NCBI GenBank assembly: GCA_011620215.1
Contig: WOZP01000044.1
Coordinates: forward strand, 1-62,996
Length of the DNA stretch: 62,996 bases
Direction of reading: 5' to 3'
DNA from: Rugosibacter sp.
Lineage (GTDB): Bacteria > Pseudomonadota > Gammaproteobacteria > Burkholderiales > Rhodocyclaceae
In this document: piece after piece, positions 24,196 to 35,088 of the stretch
How the letters are laid out: each line of letters starts with the position of its first letter
Position numbering within the stretch: position 1 is the first letter of the stretch
Position numbers and translations under genes: made by a program
The notes under the pieces: model-generated
What the model was told of the DNA's origin: nothing
What the model saw: only the letters and a program-made list of their open reading frames with translations
The model's database searches: none

Positions 24196-25268
24196 CGCAT
24201 TTTTACCCATGAAAATGGATTCTGCCGATAGTAAAAAAGTACCAAAAGCAGTACCAGCATGATTCCATGTATTGCCCACAACCCAATCTCAAAAGGCAAC
24301 TTTCCCTGGGCAACCCAAGCTTGACTAATACTCAATAAATTGCTGTACAACATGTATGCAAGTAATGCAAAGAAAAGGTTATTAGTTCGGCCTGCCCGCG
24401 CATTAACAAAAGAAAGGGGGATCGCTAAGAGCACAAGATTGAGTGCTGCCAGAGGCACGCCCAATCGCCACAATAACTCCGCTTTGTATATAGATTCAGA
24501 TTCTTTGAGCAAATCAAAAAACGGCTTGATGCGTGGAGATGCTTCAAGGCTGTGCGTTTCTTTGGTTTCAATACGTATCGCATAGCGATCAAACTCCATG
24601 ACGCGGTACTCTGGCGTACCTGCAGCGCCTTCATAGCGCCGCCCATTATCAAGCACAAGAAACTTGTCCCCATTCGGCGCATTCTCGGTATGTCCCCTGG
24701 CTGTTGCCATCACGCCCGTACGTCCCTGCTGCACAGAGCTAATGAAAACATTTTTCACAACACCTTCTTGCCCGGCAATGCTCTCGACAAAAAACACGCG
24801 ATCACCAGCCCCAGATTCATTAAACTCACCTGGTGAGACGCGCGCCACGTCGCCACGATCATCTATTTTTTGGCGGTAAAGCTCACCTTGCTGCATCGCC
24901 CAGGGCGCAAGCATTAATGAAAGAAGGGCGATGCCCAGCACCAGCGGAAAAGAAAATTTCAATACAGGTTTGATCCACACCGACAATGGCAAACCCGAAG
25001 CCTGCCAGATGACCATCTCAGAGTCGCGATACCACCGTGACAAGGTTAATAAAACCGAAACGAAAATGGTCAGTGAAAGCAATACGGGAAGATAGCCAAT
25101 CGCCCCAAATACCAAGAGTGCCATCACCGCTTCGGAGGCTAACTTTCCGCCTGCGGCTTGAGCCAGAAGGCGGATCAGTTGCGTCGTTAGTAGAATCGCA
25201 AGTAGCGCAGTAAAAATCGCCGCCGCTGTTTGGGTGAACTCCCTGATTGCGGCGCGTTGATAAATCAT
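24186..25268 (-). CDS. lptF: LPS export ABC transporter permease LptF
   Basis: RWYRDSEMVIW, PGEF, GRRYEG, AELLWRL, YSNLL; divergent from pepA. Confidence 0.94.
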   Translation of the reverse strand: MIYQRAAIREFTQTAAAIFTALLAILLTTQLIRLLAQAAGGKLASEAVMALLVFGAIGYLPVLLSLTIFVSVLLTLSRWYRDSEMVIWQASGLPLSVWIKPVLKFSFPLVLGIALLSLMLAPWAMQQGELYRQKIDDRGDVARVSPGEFNESGAGDRVFFVESIAGQEGVVKNVFISSVQQGRTGVMATARGHTENAPNGDKFLVLDNGRRYEGAAGTPEYRVMEFDRYAIRIETKETHSLEASPRIKPFFDLLKESESIYKAELLWRLGVPLAALNLVLLAIPLSFVNARAGRTNNLFFALLAYMLYSNLLSISQAWVAQGKLPFEIGLWAIHGIMLVLLLVLFYYRQNPFSWVKMRWR

Positions 25269-25375
25269 TGTAGGTGAAGGGTATGTTTTGACTTCTTATG
25301 GAAAGTTAAGGAGAATCGAGCCTTGCACTTTTTTATACGTCAAGTGCCATCCACAGTACATAAGGAGAATCTTTT

Positions 25376-26935
25376 TTGGAATTTAGCATAAAAATCGAAG
25401 GGCCGGAAAAAAGGCGCAGCGCATGCGTGGTCGTGGGTGTTTATCAATCTGGAAAACTCTCCATAAGCGCCAAATTGCTTGATCAAGCGGTTAAACATGC
25501 GCTCAGTGACGTAATCAGCCGAGGCGATATGCAAGGCAAGCTAGGCACAACGCTTTTACTGCAGAAATTACCTGGCGCCCTGGCCGAGCGTGTGCTACTC
25601 GTGGGTTGTGGCAAAGAAGATGAAATGAACGAAAAGAACTATCTATCGGTCATTACCGCCACGCTCAAGTATCTGAATGGAACAGGGACAACTGACGCCA
25701 CCTTATATCTGACAGAACTCGACGTTGCCGAGCAGTCTTTGGCATGGAAAATTCGTCAAGCAACGATTGCGATCCAGGACACAATATACAAATTTGATCA
25801 TCTCAAATCCAAGCCGGAAGATAATCCTCAGGCACTACGAAAAGTCGCCTACGCCCTACCTGACCGTAACGAGTTGGCAACGGCAGAATCAGCCTTAATC
25901 GAAGGCTTGGCAATTGCCGAAGGCATGACGCTGGCCAAGAATCTTGGCAATCTTCCGGGCAACATTTGCACACCAACCTATCTGGCCAATGAAGCCAAAA
26001 AATTAGCTAAAACCCACCAGCTTGCAATTGAAGTGCTTGACAAAAGCGCCATGGAAAAGCTCGGGATGAACACGCTTCTCTCCGTCTCACGCGGCTCGCG
26101 CGAACCACCTAAATTCATTATCGCTCGCTATCAAGGTGGCGCTAAAAAAGAAAATCCTATCGTACTCGTTGGCAAAGGAATTACCTTTGATAGCGGTGGT
26201 ATCTCACTCAAGCCTGGTGCTGAAATGGATGAAATGAAGTACGACATGTCTGGTGCAGCCAGCGTCCTGGGAACACTCAAGGCAGTTGCCCTGCTAAAGC
26301 TACCGCTCAATCTGATTGTCGTCATTCCCGCCAGCGAAAACTTACCTGATGGTGCTGCATCGAAACCCGGGGATATTGTCACCTCCATGTCGGGACAAAC
26401 GGTCGAAATTCTAAATACTGATGCCGAAGGCCGGCTCGTTTTGTGTGACGCCTTGACCTACGTTGAACGATTTAATCCAGAATGCGTAATCGATGTCGCT
26501 ACGTTAACTGGCGCCTGCGTCATTGCCCTCGGCCATGTAACATCAGGACTTTTAGCGAACCATGAAGGCCTAGCCCAGGAGTTGCTGGCTGCAGGGCAAG
26601 CATCCTGCGATCGCGCCTGGCAGCTCCCCTTGTGGGACGACTATCAAGAGCAATTAAAGAGTAACTTTGCCGATATGGCCAATATCGGCGGGCGTGCAGC
26701 TGGTTCAATTACAGCCGCATGCTTTCTTGCCCGCTTTACAAAAAAATATCGCTGGGCACACCTTGATATTGCGGGTACCGCATGGCGCTCAGGCAAAGAA
26801 AAAGGTTCCACCGGTCGACCGGTGCCTTTACTTACCCAGTTTTTGCTTGGGCGTGCAAATCAGGCACACAAGGTTATCGTCAAATCCAAAGTTGCGATCA
26901 AACCCAAACCGACAGCCAAACCCAAGAAACAATGA
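25376..26935 (+). CDS. pepA: Leucyl aminopeptidase (M17)
   Basis: VGKGITFDSGG, MKYDMSG, NTDAEGRL, HLDIAGT; TTG start. Confidence 0.96.
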   Translation: MEFSIKIEGPEKRRSACVVVGVYQSGKLSISAKLLDQAVKHALSDVISRGDMQGKLGTTLLLQKLPGALAERVLLVGCGKEDEMNEKNYLSVITATLKYLNGTGTTDATLYLTELDVAEQSLAWKIRQATIAIQDTIYKFDHLKSKPEDNPQALRKVAYALPDRNELATAESALIEGLAIAEGMTLAKNLGNLPGNICTPTYLANEAKKLAKTHQLAIEVLDKSAMEKLGMNTLLSVSRGSREPPKFIIARYQGGAKKENPIVLVGKGITFDSGGISLKPGAEMDEMKYDMSGAASVLGTLKAVALLKLPLNLIVVIPASENLPDGAASKPGDIVTSMSGQTVEILNTDAEGRLVLCDALTYVERFNPECVIDVATLTGACVIALGHVTSGLLANHEGLAQELLAAGQASCDRAWQLPLWDDYQEQLKSNFADMANIGGRAAGSITAACFLARFTKKYRWAHLDIAGTAWRSGKEKGSTGRPVPLLTQFLLGRANQAHKVIVKSKVAIKPKPTAKPKKQ

Positions 26936-27369
26936 CAAATATCAGCTTTTTTCATGGGGCCAATGATCGGTTGCATGCGGCCGCGCAGTGGGTTGCCGAT
27001 GCCTATCACAAAAGCACGCCTGTGTTGATCTACGCCCCACAGGAAAAGCACGCAGAAACGCTGGATCGTTTGTTATGGACACAGACGGCGCTTGGATTTA
27101 CACCTCACTGTCGCGCCAGCGCTGCGCTTGCCCCTGAAACACCGGTGCTTATCGCCACTCAGCTCGATGATGTTCCAACTGTTCCATCGGATGCACAGGT
27201 GCTCCTCAATCTGTCAGACGAGATTCCTGGGGAATTTGAGCGCTTTTCACATATCGTCGAAATTATTAGCTCGAATGATGAGGTTCGTCTGCCTGGACGC
27301 GATCGTTTTCGGTTTTATCGCGACTGCGGTTGCTCAATCGAGAGTCATGACATTTCAAAAAATGCCTGA
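26932..27369 (+). CDS. holC: DNA polymerase III chi subunit
   Basis: LDRLLW...F.PH, LLNL, FERF...VEI, RDRFRFYR; follows pepA. Confidence 0.9.
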   Translation: MTNISFFHGANDRLHAAAQWVADAYHKSTPVLIYAPQEKHAETLDRLLWTQTALGFTPHCRASAALAPETPVLIATQLDDVPTVPSDAQVLLNLSDEIPGEFERFSHIVEIISSNDEVRLPGRDRFRFYRDCGCSIESHDISKNA

Positions 27370-27829
27370 CCTTATTCCTCCTGACGACACAGCCAAATTG
27401 CTGGCAGATGCGGATCAGCTAATTCAGCGACGGCGTGTATTTATCGCATCTCCATCGCCTCACGCTTCACCGCCCATGCCTGCCCATTTTTTTGAGGCCG
27501 CATCTGAAGCTGCAATTGAACGCACCATTGAAACCGCACCCATCGCGCCAGCAACGCATCTCGCAGAGGACGATGCTGACCATGATCTCCCTCTACTCAC
27601 AGAAAAAGTAACCTCTCTGGCGCCTTCTTTAGCCGACATTCAAGCAGCGCAGCGCGATGCCGTACAAAAAGAATTAATGTGCTGGCTGGAGCAAGAGCTG
27701 CCATTAGCCATACTGAAAATAACTGACGGCATTGCTGATCAGCTGTTGGGCGAACTCACTCGCAAAGCGCAAGAACATTTATTGCCGAACCTGATGATGC
27801 ATCTGGGTGACCTGCCGCCTGATACCTGA
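27362..27829 (+). CDS. Hypothetical protein downstream of holC
   Basis: ATG overlaps the holC end; Pro/Ala-rich; contains DLPLLTE. Confidence 0.65.
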   Translation: MPDLIPPDDTAKLLADADQLIQRRRVFIASPSPHASPPMPAHFFEAASEAAIERTIETAPIAPATHLAEDDADHDLPLLTEKVTSLAPSLADIQAAQRDAVQKELMCWLEQELPLAILKITDGIADQLLGELTRKAQEHLLPNLMMHLGDLPPDT

Positions 27830-27834
27830 CGTAC

Positions 27835-30108
27835 CTAGCGTCGCGCTTTTGATGGTTTTTTCAACGCCGTTTTTGATGGCGCTTTAGGCATCGTTTTGGA
27901 CAACACTCCGGGCGAATCTGCCAACCGAAAATCAATCTTGCTGGCTTCCATATCGACGCGCACCAATTGCACTCGAACTCGGTCTGATAAACGAAAGCGT
28001 CGGCCGCTACGCTCACCCACCATGGTGTGTGTTTTTTCATCAAAGTGGAAGTAGTCCTGCCCGAGTTCTGAAACATGCACCAGGCCTTCGACGAACACGC
28101 CATCCAGTGCGATGAAAATACCGAATGGAACAACAGAAGAAATGCTGCCCTCAAAGATTTCACCAATTCGATCGCGCATATAATAACACTTAAGCCACGA
28201 CTCCACATCGCGCGTGGCTTCATCAGCACGGCGCTCGGTTTTTGAGCAGTGCAGGCCGATTTCTTCCCAGTTACCCGGCTCATATCGCCGTCTTGCCAGC
28301 GCCGACTTTATGGCTCGATGCACGAGCAAATCAGGATAGCGACGAATCGGCGACGTGAAGTGGGTATAGCTGTCATATGCCAAACCAAAATGGCCCACAT
28401 TATCCGGACTGTAAATCGCCTGCCGCAGTGAACGAAGCATCACGGTCTGGAGTAACTGCCGATCTGGCCGTCCGCCGATTTTGTCTATCAGCGCTGCATA
28501 ATCTTTTGCGCTAGGGTCATTTCCACCACCCAATTGCAGCCCAAAAGTTCCCAAAAAATCGCGCAGCTTTTCCAATCGCTCCGGTGTCGGTCCTTCGTGC
28601 ACGCGATACAGCGTCGGATGCTCTTGCTCATGCAAAAACTCTGAGGCGCATACATTAGCTGCCAGCATGCACTCTTCAATCAACCGATGCGCATCATTGC
28701 GCTCATAGGGCTCGATGCGATCAATCTTGCCGTTTTCATCGAACAGCATCCGGGTCTCAACGGTTTCAAAATCAATCGCACCGCGTTTTTCACGCGCCTT
28801 GGCGAGCTGTCGATAAAGCGCCTCCAATGCTTCAAGATGAGGCAGTACAGGAGCCAGTTTCTCGCAGGCACTGGCATCTTTGTCATAGAGTGCTGCAGCC
28901 ACCTCGGTATATGTCAAGCGCGCGTGAGAAAACATCACCGCAGAATAAAACCGATAGCGTGTAATCGTACCTGTCCCACTGATGGCCATGTCACACACCA
29001 TGCACAGCCGCTCAACTTGCGGATTAAGGGAACACAAGCCATTCGATAATTTCTCAGGCAGCATCGGAATCACGCGGCGCGGAAAATACACCGAGTTTCC
29101 ACGCTCATAGGCATCCTGATCTAACGCCCCCTTTTCTGCGACGTAATGCGAAACATCCGCAATGGCGACGACCAGCCGAAACCCCTTGCCTTGTCGCTCG
29201 CAATAAACTGCGTCATCAAAGTCTCTTGCTGTCTCGCTATCAATGGTTACCAGAGGCAAACCCGTAATATCCTCGCGGCCCTTCCAATCCGACTTGCGTA
29301 CCGCATCGGGCAATTTTTTTGTTTCAGCTAACGCCGCATTTGAGAACTCAAAAGGAAGCTCATGTTTTCTCAGTGCAATTTCAATTTCCATACCGGGGTC
29401 AGCATAATTGCCGAGCACTTCGATAATGCGGCCTATTGGCTGCGAATTCTTGCTGGGCTGCTCGATCAACTCGACCATCACAATCTGGCCCGCAACCGGT
29501 TTAGGTAATTTCCTTGCTCCCTTTTCAGCCGGTGCCAGAAAGATATCCTGACTAATGCGCCGGTTTTCAGGCACCACAAACAACACACCATGTTCTTCGA
29601 GCACGCGCCCAACCAAGGTTTTATTGGCGCGCTCGGTAACCTCGACAATCTTTCCCTCGGGACGCCCTTTGCGATCAACACCGATGACGCGAGCGATCAC
29701 TCGGTCGCCATGCAGCACTTTGTCCATTTCCTTGGGCGAAAGGAAAATGTCATCCGAGCCCTCTTCTGGCGACAAAAAGCCAAAACCATCGGGATGCCCA
29801 ATGATGCGGCCACGAACCAAATCCGCCTTATCTGGAATCAGCCAATCGCCCCGACGATTCTGCATGAGCTGCGCATCGCGCGCCATCGCGCCCAAGCGCC
29901 GCCGGAATGGCTCCATTTCGTCTGCATGAATATCCAGCAATTCAACCAGCCGATCAGTACTCAGCGGCGCGCCTTCGGTCACCAGAATTTGCAGTATGTA
30001 CTCGCGGCTGGGGAGTGGATGTTCATATTGCGCCTGCTCGCGTGCGAACTCAGGATCGGCCCGGCGAATTTTAGAAAGTTTAGCAAGTGATTTTGGTTTG
30101 TTTGACAA
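27835..30108 (-). CDS. rnr: Ribonuclease R
   Basis: GHPDGFGF, TIDSETARDFDDA, HFTSPIRRYPDL, C-terminal S1 domain and basic tail; TTG start. Confidence 0.96.
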   Translation of the reverse strand: MSNKPKSLAKLSKIRRADPEFAREQAQYEHPLPSREYILQILVTEGAPLSTDRLVELLDIHADEMEPFRRRLGAMARDAQLMQNRRGDWLIPDKADLVRGRIIGHPDGFGFLSPEEGSDDIFLSPKEMDKVLHGDRVIARVIGVDRKGRPEGKIVEVTERANKTLVGRVLEEHGVLFVVPENRRISQDIFLAPAEKGARKLPKPVAGQIVMVELIEQPSKNSQPIGRIIEVLGNYADPGMEIEIALRKHELPFEFSNAALAETKKLPDAVRKSDWKGREDITGLPLVTIDSETARDFDDAVYCERQGKGFRLVVAIADVSHYVAEKGALDQDAYERGNSVYFPRRVIPMLPEKLSNGLCSLNPQVERLCMVCDMAISGTGTITRYRFYSAVMFSHARLTYTEVAAALYDKDASACEKLAPVLPHLEALEALYRQLAKAREKRGAIDFETVETRMLFDENGKIDRIEPYERNDAHRLIEECMLAANVCASEFLHEQEHPTLYRVHEGPTPERLEKLRDFLGTFGLQLGGGNDPSAKDYAALIDKIGGRPDRQLLQTVMLRSLRQAIYSPDNVGHFGLAYDSYTHFTSPIRRYPDLLVHRAIKSALARRRYEPGNWEEIGLHCSKTERRADEATRDVESWLKCYYMRDRIGEIFEGSISSVVPFGIFIALDGVFVEGLVHVSELGQDYFHFDEKTHTMVGERSGRRFRLSDRVRVQLVRVDMEASKIDFRLADSPGVLSKTMPKAPSKTALKKPSKARR
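28286..28309 (-). repeat. Dispersed 24-bp motif, copy 4 (inside rnr, encodes KSALARR)
   Basis: Minus strand AAAGTCGGCGCTGGCAAGACGGCG. Confidence 0.9.
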
Positions 30109-30136
30109 TCTGACTTTTTCCTATAGAATCCGCGCC
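30102..30136 (+). promoter_or_regulatory. Sigma70 stable-RNA promoter of tRNA-Leu
   Basis: TTGACA (30102-30107), 16 bp spacer, TAGAAT (30124-30129), GC-rich discriminator CCGCGCC. Confidence 0.8.
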
Positions 30137-30150
30137 TCGTTTTGAGTATT

Positions 30151-30237
30151 GCCCAGGTGGCGGAATTGGTAGACGCACTAGGTTCAGGTCCTAGCGGTGG
30201 CAACACTGTGGAGGTTCGAGTCCTCTCCTGGGCACCA
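30151..30237 (+). tRNA. tRNA-Leu(CAG)
   Basis: GCCCAGG/CCTGGGC acceptor stem, anticodon arm CTAGG-TTCAGGT-CCTAG, long variable arm, GTTCGAG T-loop, CCA end. Confidence 0.97.
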
Positions 30238-30377
30238 ACAGTAAATAACGCGATGCAGGCAGTTCTTTACTTCTGGTACGCCATTGGTATGTAATAGTAC
30301 GCGAAACGATCCAATCAAAGAAGCATTTTTCAAAAAAGCCAACAGAAGTTGTGTTGTGCGGTTACAATCTTTCTTGA

Positions 30378-30580
30378 TCGTCGGGAGAGAGTGGCACAAG
30401 TGTCAGACTCAAGACACATTATTGCTGCCACCGCCGAAGGCGCAACCCCCAGGAACCGCTCAGGCAAAAGGGCCGACGACGCAACAAAAATCTGGAGAGT
30501 GGCAGCGCATCGCTCATATAAACAATGAGCGCGCAGTTGCCCACCGACGGAGTAAATCTCTCAGGTGCCAAGGACAGATG
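30378..30580 (+). ncRNA. Tandem glycine riboswitch
   Basis: Two aptamers with GGAGAG...CCGA(A/C)GG...CTCAGG signatures directly upstream of gcvT. Confidence 0.92.
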
Positions 30581-30616
30581 GGGTGTAACGGATGTGCCGT
30601 TACACCCTTTTTTTTT
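30581..30616 (+). terminator. Intrinsic terminator forming the riboswitch expression platform
   Basis: GGGTGTAACGG-ATGTG-CCGTTACACCC followed by a T9 run, between aptamer 2 and the gcvT start. Confidence 0.85.
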
Positions 30617-30631
30617 GCCCAGGAATAGCCC

Positions 30632-31762
30632 ATGCTACAGCGCACCCCGCTCTACGCCGCCCATGTTGCCGCTGGTGCCCGCATCGTCGATTTCGCCGGC
30701 TGGGAAATGCCCATTCATTATGGCTCGCAGATTGAAGAACATCATGCCGTGCGCCGCAATGCCGGTCTGTTCGATGTTTCCCACATGTGCGCGCTGGATT
30801 TGATCGGGCCGGACGCCACACGATTTCTGCGCCGCTTGCTTGCGAATGACGTGGCCAAGCTCACCACCGCAGGGCGGGCGCTGTATTCTTGCATGCTCAA
30901 TGCAGCCGGTGGCGTCATTGATGATCTGATCGTCTATTTTTTCACGCCAACGCGCTACCGTATTGTTGTGAATGCAGGCACGACAGAAAAAGATGTGGCC
31001 TGGATGCAAACGCAACTGGCAGGATTTGATGCAAGGATCACTCCCCGCTGCGATGGCAAAGACGAGAGTCAAACAAAAAACGCCCTCGCCATGCTCGCCG
31101 TACAAGGTCCGCAAGCGCGTGAGCTTTTCTATACGGCCTTCCCCGCCAGTCGCGCTGCCACTGAATCACTCGCGCCATTTCATGCCCGCGAATGGCCAAC
31201 GAATAAAGGTGATTGGCTGATTGCACGGACCGGCTACACCGGCGAGGATGGCTTTGAAATCAGCCTGCCAGTCAGCGCTGTAGCAGAAGTTTGGCAGACG
31301 CTGATTGATATCGGCATCAAACCCTGCGGCCTGGGTGCAAGGGATACCTTGCGTCTTGAGGCCGGCATGAATCTTTATGGTCAGGACATGGATGAAACCA
31401 CTTCGCCGCTCGACACAGGGCTTACCTGGACAGTCGATCTGCGCGACACCAACCGCGACTTCATCGGAAAGTCGGCGCTGGTGACACGGCGACAAAAGCA
31501 CCAGTTCGTCGGCTTGTTGCTGCTCGAGCGTGGCATTTTGCGCGCACACCAGAAAGTGTTCAGTCCGCTGGGTGAAGGTGAGATCACCAGCGGTACATTT
31601 TCGCCTACACTCAACCAATCCATCGCTTTCGCACGTCTGCCTATGAGCATTATTTTGGGCAGCGAAGTCGAGGTCGACATCCGTGACAAACGCCTCAAAG
31701 CCAAAGTTGTCAAACCAGTTTTTGTTCGCAACGGAAAATCTTTACTCGAATTTACAACCTAA
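30632..31762 (+). CDS. gcvT: Glycine cleavage system aminomethyltransferase T
   Basis: [37 protein letters not shown]. Confidence 0.97.
   Translation: MLQRTPLYAAHVAAGARIVDFAGWEMPIHYGSQIEEHHAVRRNAGLFDVSHMCALDLIGPDATRFLRRLLANDVAKLTTAGRALYSCMLNAAGGVIDDLIVYFFTPTRYRIVVNAGTTEKDVAWMQTQLAGFDARITPRCDGKDESQTKNALAMLAVQGPQARELFYTAFPASRAATESLAPFHAREWPTNKGDWLIARTGYTGEDGFEISLPVSAVAEVWQTLIDIGIKPCGLGARDTLRLEAGMNLYGQDMDETTSPLDTGLTWTVDLRDTNRDFIGKSALVTRRQKHQFVGLLLLERGILRAHQKVFSPLGEGEITSGTFSPTLNQSIAFARLPMSIILGSEVEVDIRDKRLKAKVVKPVFVRNGKSLLEFTT
31468..31491 (+). repeat. Dispersed 24-bp motif, copy 5 (inside gcvT, encodes KSALVTR)
   Basis: AAAGTCGGCGCTGGTGACACGGCG. Confidence 0.9.
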
Positions 31763-31784
31763 TTTTCAACTCAGGAAACCCACC

Positions 31785-32159
31785 ATGAACACCCCCACCC
31801 ATTTGAAATACGCCGCATCACACGAGTGGAGCAAAACAGAATCAGACGGCACGATTACCGTCGGCATTACCGATCATGCCCAAGAGGCGCTGGGCGACAT
31901 CGTTTTCATTGAACTACCTGCCATTGGTCGCACGCTCAAGGCAGGCGAGGAATGCGCGGTAGTTGAATCAGTCAAAGCCGCCTCCGATATTTATGCGCCG
32001 ATATCCGGCGAGGTTATCGCCATCAATCAGATGGTGATCGATGCACCAGAGTCGGTAAATAGCGCGCCTTATGACCACTGGCTGTTCCGCATCAAACCCG
32101 CCAACCCTGATGAATTGTCCGCTCTGCTTGACGCAGACGGTTACGCTGCCACGCTATGA
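31785..32159 (+). CDS. gcvH: Glycine cleavage system H protein
   Basis: [25 protein letters not shown] lipoyl-Lys motif. Confidence 0.97.
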   Translation: MNTPTHLKYAASHEWSKTESDGTITVGITDHAQEALGDIVFIELPAIGRTLKAGEECAVVESVKAASDIYAPISGEVIAINQMVIDAPESVNSAPYDHWLFRIKPANPDELSALLDADGYAATL

Positions 32160-35005
32160 ATCCTTTGCTTCGCCCGCTTGCCGAGCTCGAACAGCGCGAT
32201 GAATTCGTCGCCCGCCACATCGGACCGGATGAGGATGAAATCGGGCAAATGCTTGCCGTGATCGGCATCGATTCACTGACTGCATTGATTGATGCCACCG
32301 TGCCCGCAGCCATCCGGCTGAATCGTCCGCTGGACTTGCCCGCAGCCATGTCCGAGCAGGCGGCGCTGGCAAAATTACGCACGATTGCTGAAAAAAACAG
32401 TGTCAAGAAATCCTATATCGGCCTTGGCTATTACGGCACGCACACGCCACCGGTGATACTGCGCAACCTGTTTGAAAATCCCGGCTGGTACACCGCCTAC
32501 ACGCCCTATCAAGCAGAAATTTCACAAGGCCGGCTAGAGGCGCTAATCAACTTTCAGCAGATGGTGATTGATCTGACCGGCATGGAAATCAGTAACGCCT
32601 CGCTGCTCGATGAAGCCACCGCAGCGGCTGAAGCCATGGCCATGGCGCGGCGCATTGCCAAGGTGGAGAGCAATGCGTTTTTTGTCGATGAAGGCTGCTT
32701 TCCGCAAACCATTGCCGTGCTCAAAACCCGTGCCGCCGGTTTTGGTTTCGATCTGATCTTCGGCCGCCCGGAAGAGGCTGGCCAGCACAAAGTATTTGGC
32801 GCGCTGCTGCAATATCCGAATGTGCATGGCGCAATCGCCGATCTTTCCGCACCCATCGCCGCGATAAAGAATGCCGGTGGCATCGTGGCCGTTTCCTCCG
32901 ATTTGATGGCGCTGGTGCTGCTCAAGCCACCAGGGGAAATGGGCGCGGACATTGTGCTCGGCTCATCCCAGCGGTTTGGCATACCGATGGGTTACGGTGG
33001 ACCGCATGCCGCGTTTTTCGCCACACGCGAGAACTACGTTCGCGCCATGCCAGGACGCATCATCGGCGTCTCGAAAGATGCCCGCGGAAAACCTGCCTAC
33101 CGCATGGCGCTGCAAACCCGTGAGCAGCATATCCGCCGCGAGAAAGCGAATTCCAACATCTGCACATCGCAAGTCTTGCTCGCCAACATGGCCGGCATGT
33201 ATGCGGTCTGGCACGGACCGCAGGGGCTACGCGCGATTGCCGGCCGTATTCATCGACTGGCGGCATTACTGGCGCAGGCATTGGGCATTGAGGGTGCATT
33301 TTTTGACACGCTCACTGTAAAAGTCGGCGCTGGTGATACGGCGAAGAGTCATGCTGCGGCGGTAGCAGCGGGCTACAACCTGCGTGCAGTCGATGCGACA
33401 ACACTCGCCATCAGCATCGACGAGACCGTCACGCGCGAAGACATCACCTGCCTGTTGGCACTTTTCGGCAAATCGGCTGACCTCGATGCCGTCACGCCAT
33501 GCGCCATTCCCGCTGCACTGCAGCGGACCTCCACCTTCCTCACCCATCCCGTATTTAATTCGCATCACACCGAGCATGGTCTGCTGCGCTATCTCAAGCG
33601 CCTGCAAAATCGCGATCTCGCACTCGATCATTCGATGATCCCGCTCGGTTCCTGCACCATGAAGCTGAATGCCGCTGCCGAAATGATTCCCGTGTCATGG
33701 CCGGAATTCGCGCAGATGCATCCCTTTGCCCCGCGCGAGCAGGCACAAGGTTATGCGCAACTGTTTCATGAGCTTGCAGCGCAACTCATGGCCATCACCG
33801 GTTTTGATGCCATCTCGCTCCAGCCGAATTCCGGCGCGCAGGGCGAGTATGCGGGCCTCACCGCAATCCGCCGCTATCAGGCCAGTTGCGGCGAGGCGCA
33901 CCGCGCCATCTGCCTGATCCCCAAATCAGCGCATGGCACCAACCCAGCCACGGCACAGATGTGTGGCCTCGAGGTAATCGCCGTAGCTTGTGATGCGCAA
34001 GGCAATATCGATCTTCCCGATCTTGAGGCTAAAGCGGCTCAACACGCAACAAAACTTTCCTGCCTGATGCTCACCTACCCTTCTACGCATGGCGTATTCG
34101 AAGAAGCGGTCAAAGATATCTGTGCCATCATTCACGCGCACGGCGGCCAGGTGTATATGGACGGCGCCAATCTCAATGCCCAGGTCGGCCTCACGCGCCC
34201 GGCGGATATTGGCGCCGACGTTGCCCACATCAATCTGCACAAGACCTTCGCCATCCCGCACGGCGGTGGCGGGCCGGGCATGGGGCCGATAGGGGTCAAG
34301 GCCCATCTTGCACTTTTTTTGCCGGGGTATGACTTTTCGCAAAACAATTTTCCGGAAACCAGTACGCAAGGCGCTGTTTCTGCTGCACCATGGGGCTCGG
34401 CCGCCATTCTGCCCATTTCATGGATGTACATTACGCTACTGGGCGCCGCAGGTGTGCAGCGCGCCAGCGAAATCGCCATTCTCAACGCCAACTATATTGC
34501 CGCACGCCTAGCCGAACACTACCCGGTGCTCTATACCGGCACACAGGGTTTTGTGGCGCATGAATGCATTCTGGATATTCGTACGATCAAGAACAGTACC
34601 GGAGTGACTGAAAGCGATATTGCCAAACGCCTGATGGACTATGGCTTTCATGCGCCAACAGTGAGCTTCCCGGTAGCCGGTACGCTGATGGTGGAACCCA
34701 CCGAATCGGAAAATCGGGCTGAGCTAGATCGTTTTTGTGACGCAATGCTATCGATCCGCGAAGAAATTCTCTGCATCGAACGTGGCGAATGGCCGCTGGA
34801 AAACTCGCCACTCAAGCACGCACCGCATACCAGTACCGATCTGGTTGCCGAATGGACGCGGCCTTATACACGCAAAACAGCGGTTTTTCCGCTGCCTTGG
34901 GTAGCGACAAATAAATTCTGGCCATCGGTAAATCGGATTGACGATGCCCATGGGGATCGCGCTTTGTTTTGCGCCTGCGTTCCCCTTGAAGAAAGTATCG
35001 GATAA
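32156..35005 (+). CDS. gcvP: Glycine dehydrogenase (decarboxylating), P protein
   Basis: [49 protein letters not shown]. Confidence 0.97.
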   Translation: MNPLLRPLAELEQRDEFVARHIGPDEDEIGQMLAVIGIDSLTALIDATVPAAIRLNRPLDLPAAMSEQAALAKLRTIAEKNSVKKSYIGLGYYGTHTPPVILRNLFENPGWYTAYTPYQAEISQGRLEALINFQQMVIDLTGMEISNASLLDEATAAAEAMAMARRIAKVESNAFFVDEGCFPQTIAVLKTRAAGFGFDLIFGRPEEAGQHKVFGALLQYPNVHGAIADLSAPIAAIKNAGGIVAVSSDLMALVLLKPPGEMGADIVLGSSQRFGIPMGYGGPHAAFFATRENYVRAMPGRIIGVSKDARGKPAYRMALQTREQHIRREKANSNICTSQVLLANMAGMYAVWHGPQGLRAIAGRIHRLAALLAQALGIEGAFFDTLTVKVGAGDTAKSHAAAVAAGYNLRAVDATTLAISIDETVTREDITCLLALFGKSADLDAVTPCAIPAALQRTSTFLTHPVFNSHHTEHGLLRYLKRLQNRDLALDHSMIPLGSCTMKLNAAAEMIPVSWPEFAQMHPFAPREQAQGYAQLFHELAAQLMAITGFDAISLQPNSGAQGEYAGLTAIRRYQASCGEAHRAICLIPKSAHGTNPATAQMCGLEVIAVACDAQGNIDLPDLEAKAAQHATKLSCLMLTYPSTHGVFEEAVKDICAIIHAHGGQVYMDGANLNAQVGLTRPADIGADVAHINLHKTFAIPHGGGGPGMGPIGVKAHLALFLPGYDFSQNNFPETSTQGAVSAAPWGSAAILPISWMYITLLGAAGVQRASEIAILNANYIAARLAEHYPVLYTGTQGFVAHECILDIRTIKNSTGVTESDIAKRLMDYGFHAPTVSFPVAGTLMVEPTESENRAELDRFCDAMLSIREEILCIERGEWPLENSPLKHAPHTSTDLVAEWTRPYTRKTAVFPLPWVATNKFWPSVNRIDDAHGDRALFCACVPLEESIG
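33320..33343 (+). repeat. Dispersed 24-bp motif, copy 6 (inside gcvP, encodes KVGAGDTA)
   Basis: AAAGTCGGCGCTGGTGATACGGCG. Confidence 0.9.
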
Positions 35006-35088
35006 TCGCGGTTGCTGCCATTACACGGAACCCTGTCATACAATTCTCGTTCAATCGCTTGTTCAATCCCATTTAACGGAGCTACACC

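Noticed and set aside
32356-32379. GCAGGCGGCGCTGGCAAAATTACG in gcvP partly matches the motif
   Set aside because: Both ends mismatch and common Ala-Ala-Leu-Ala codons explain it.
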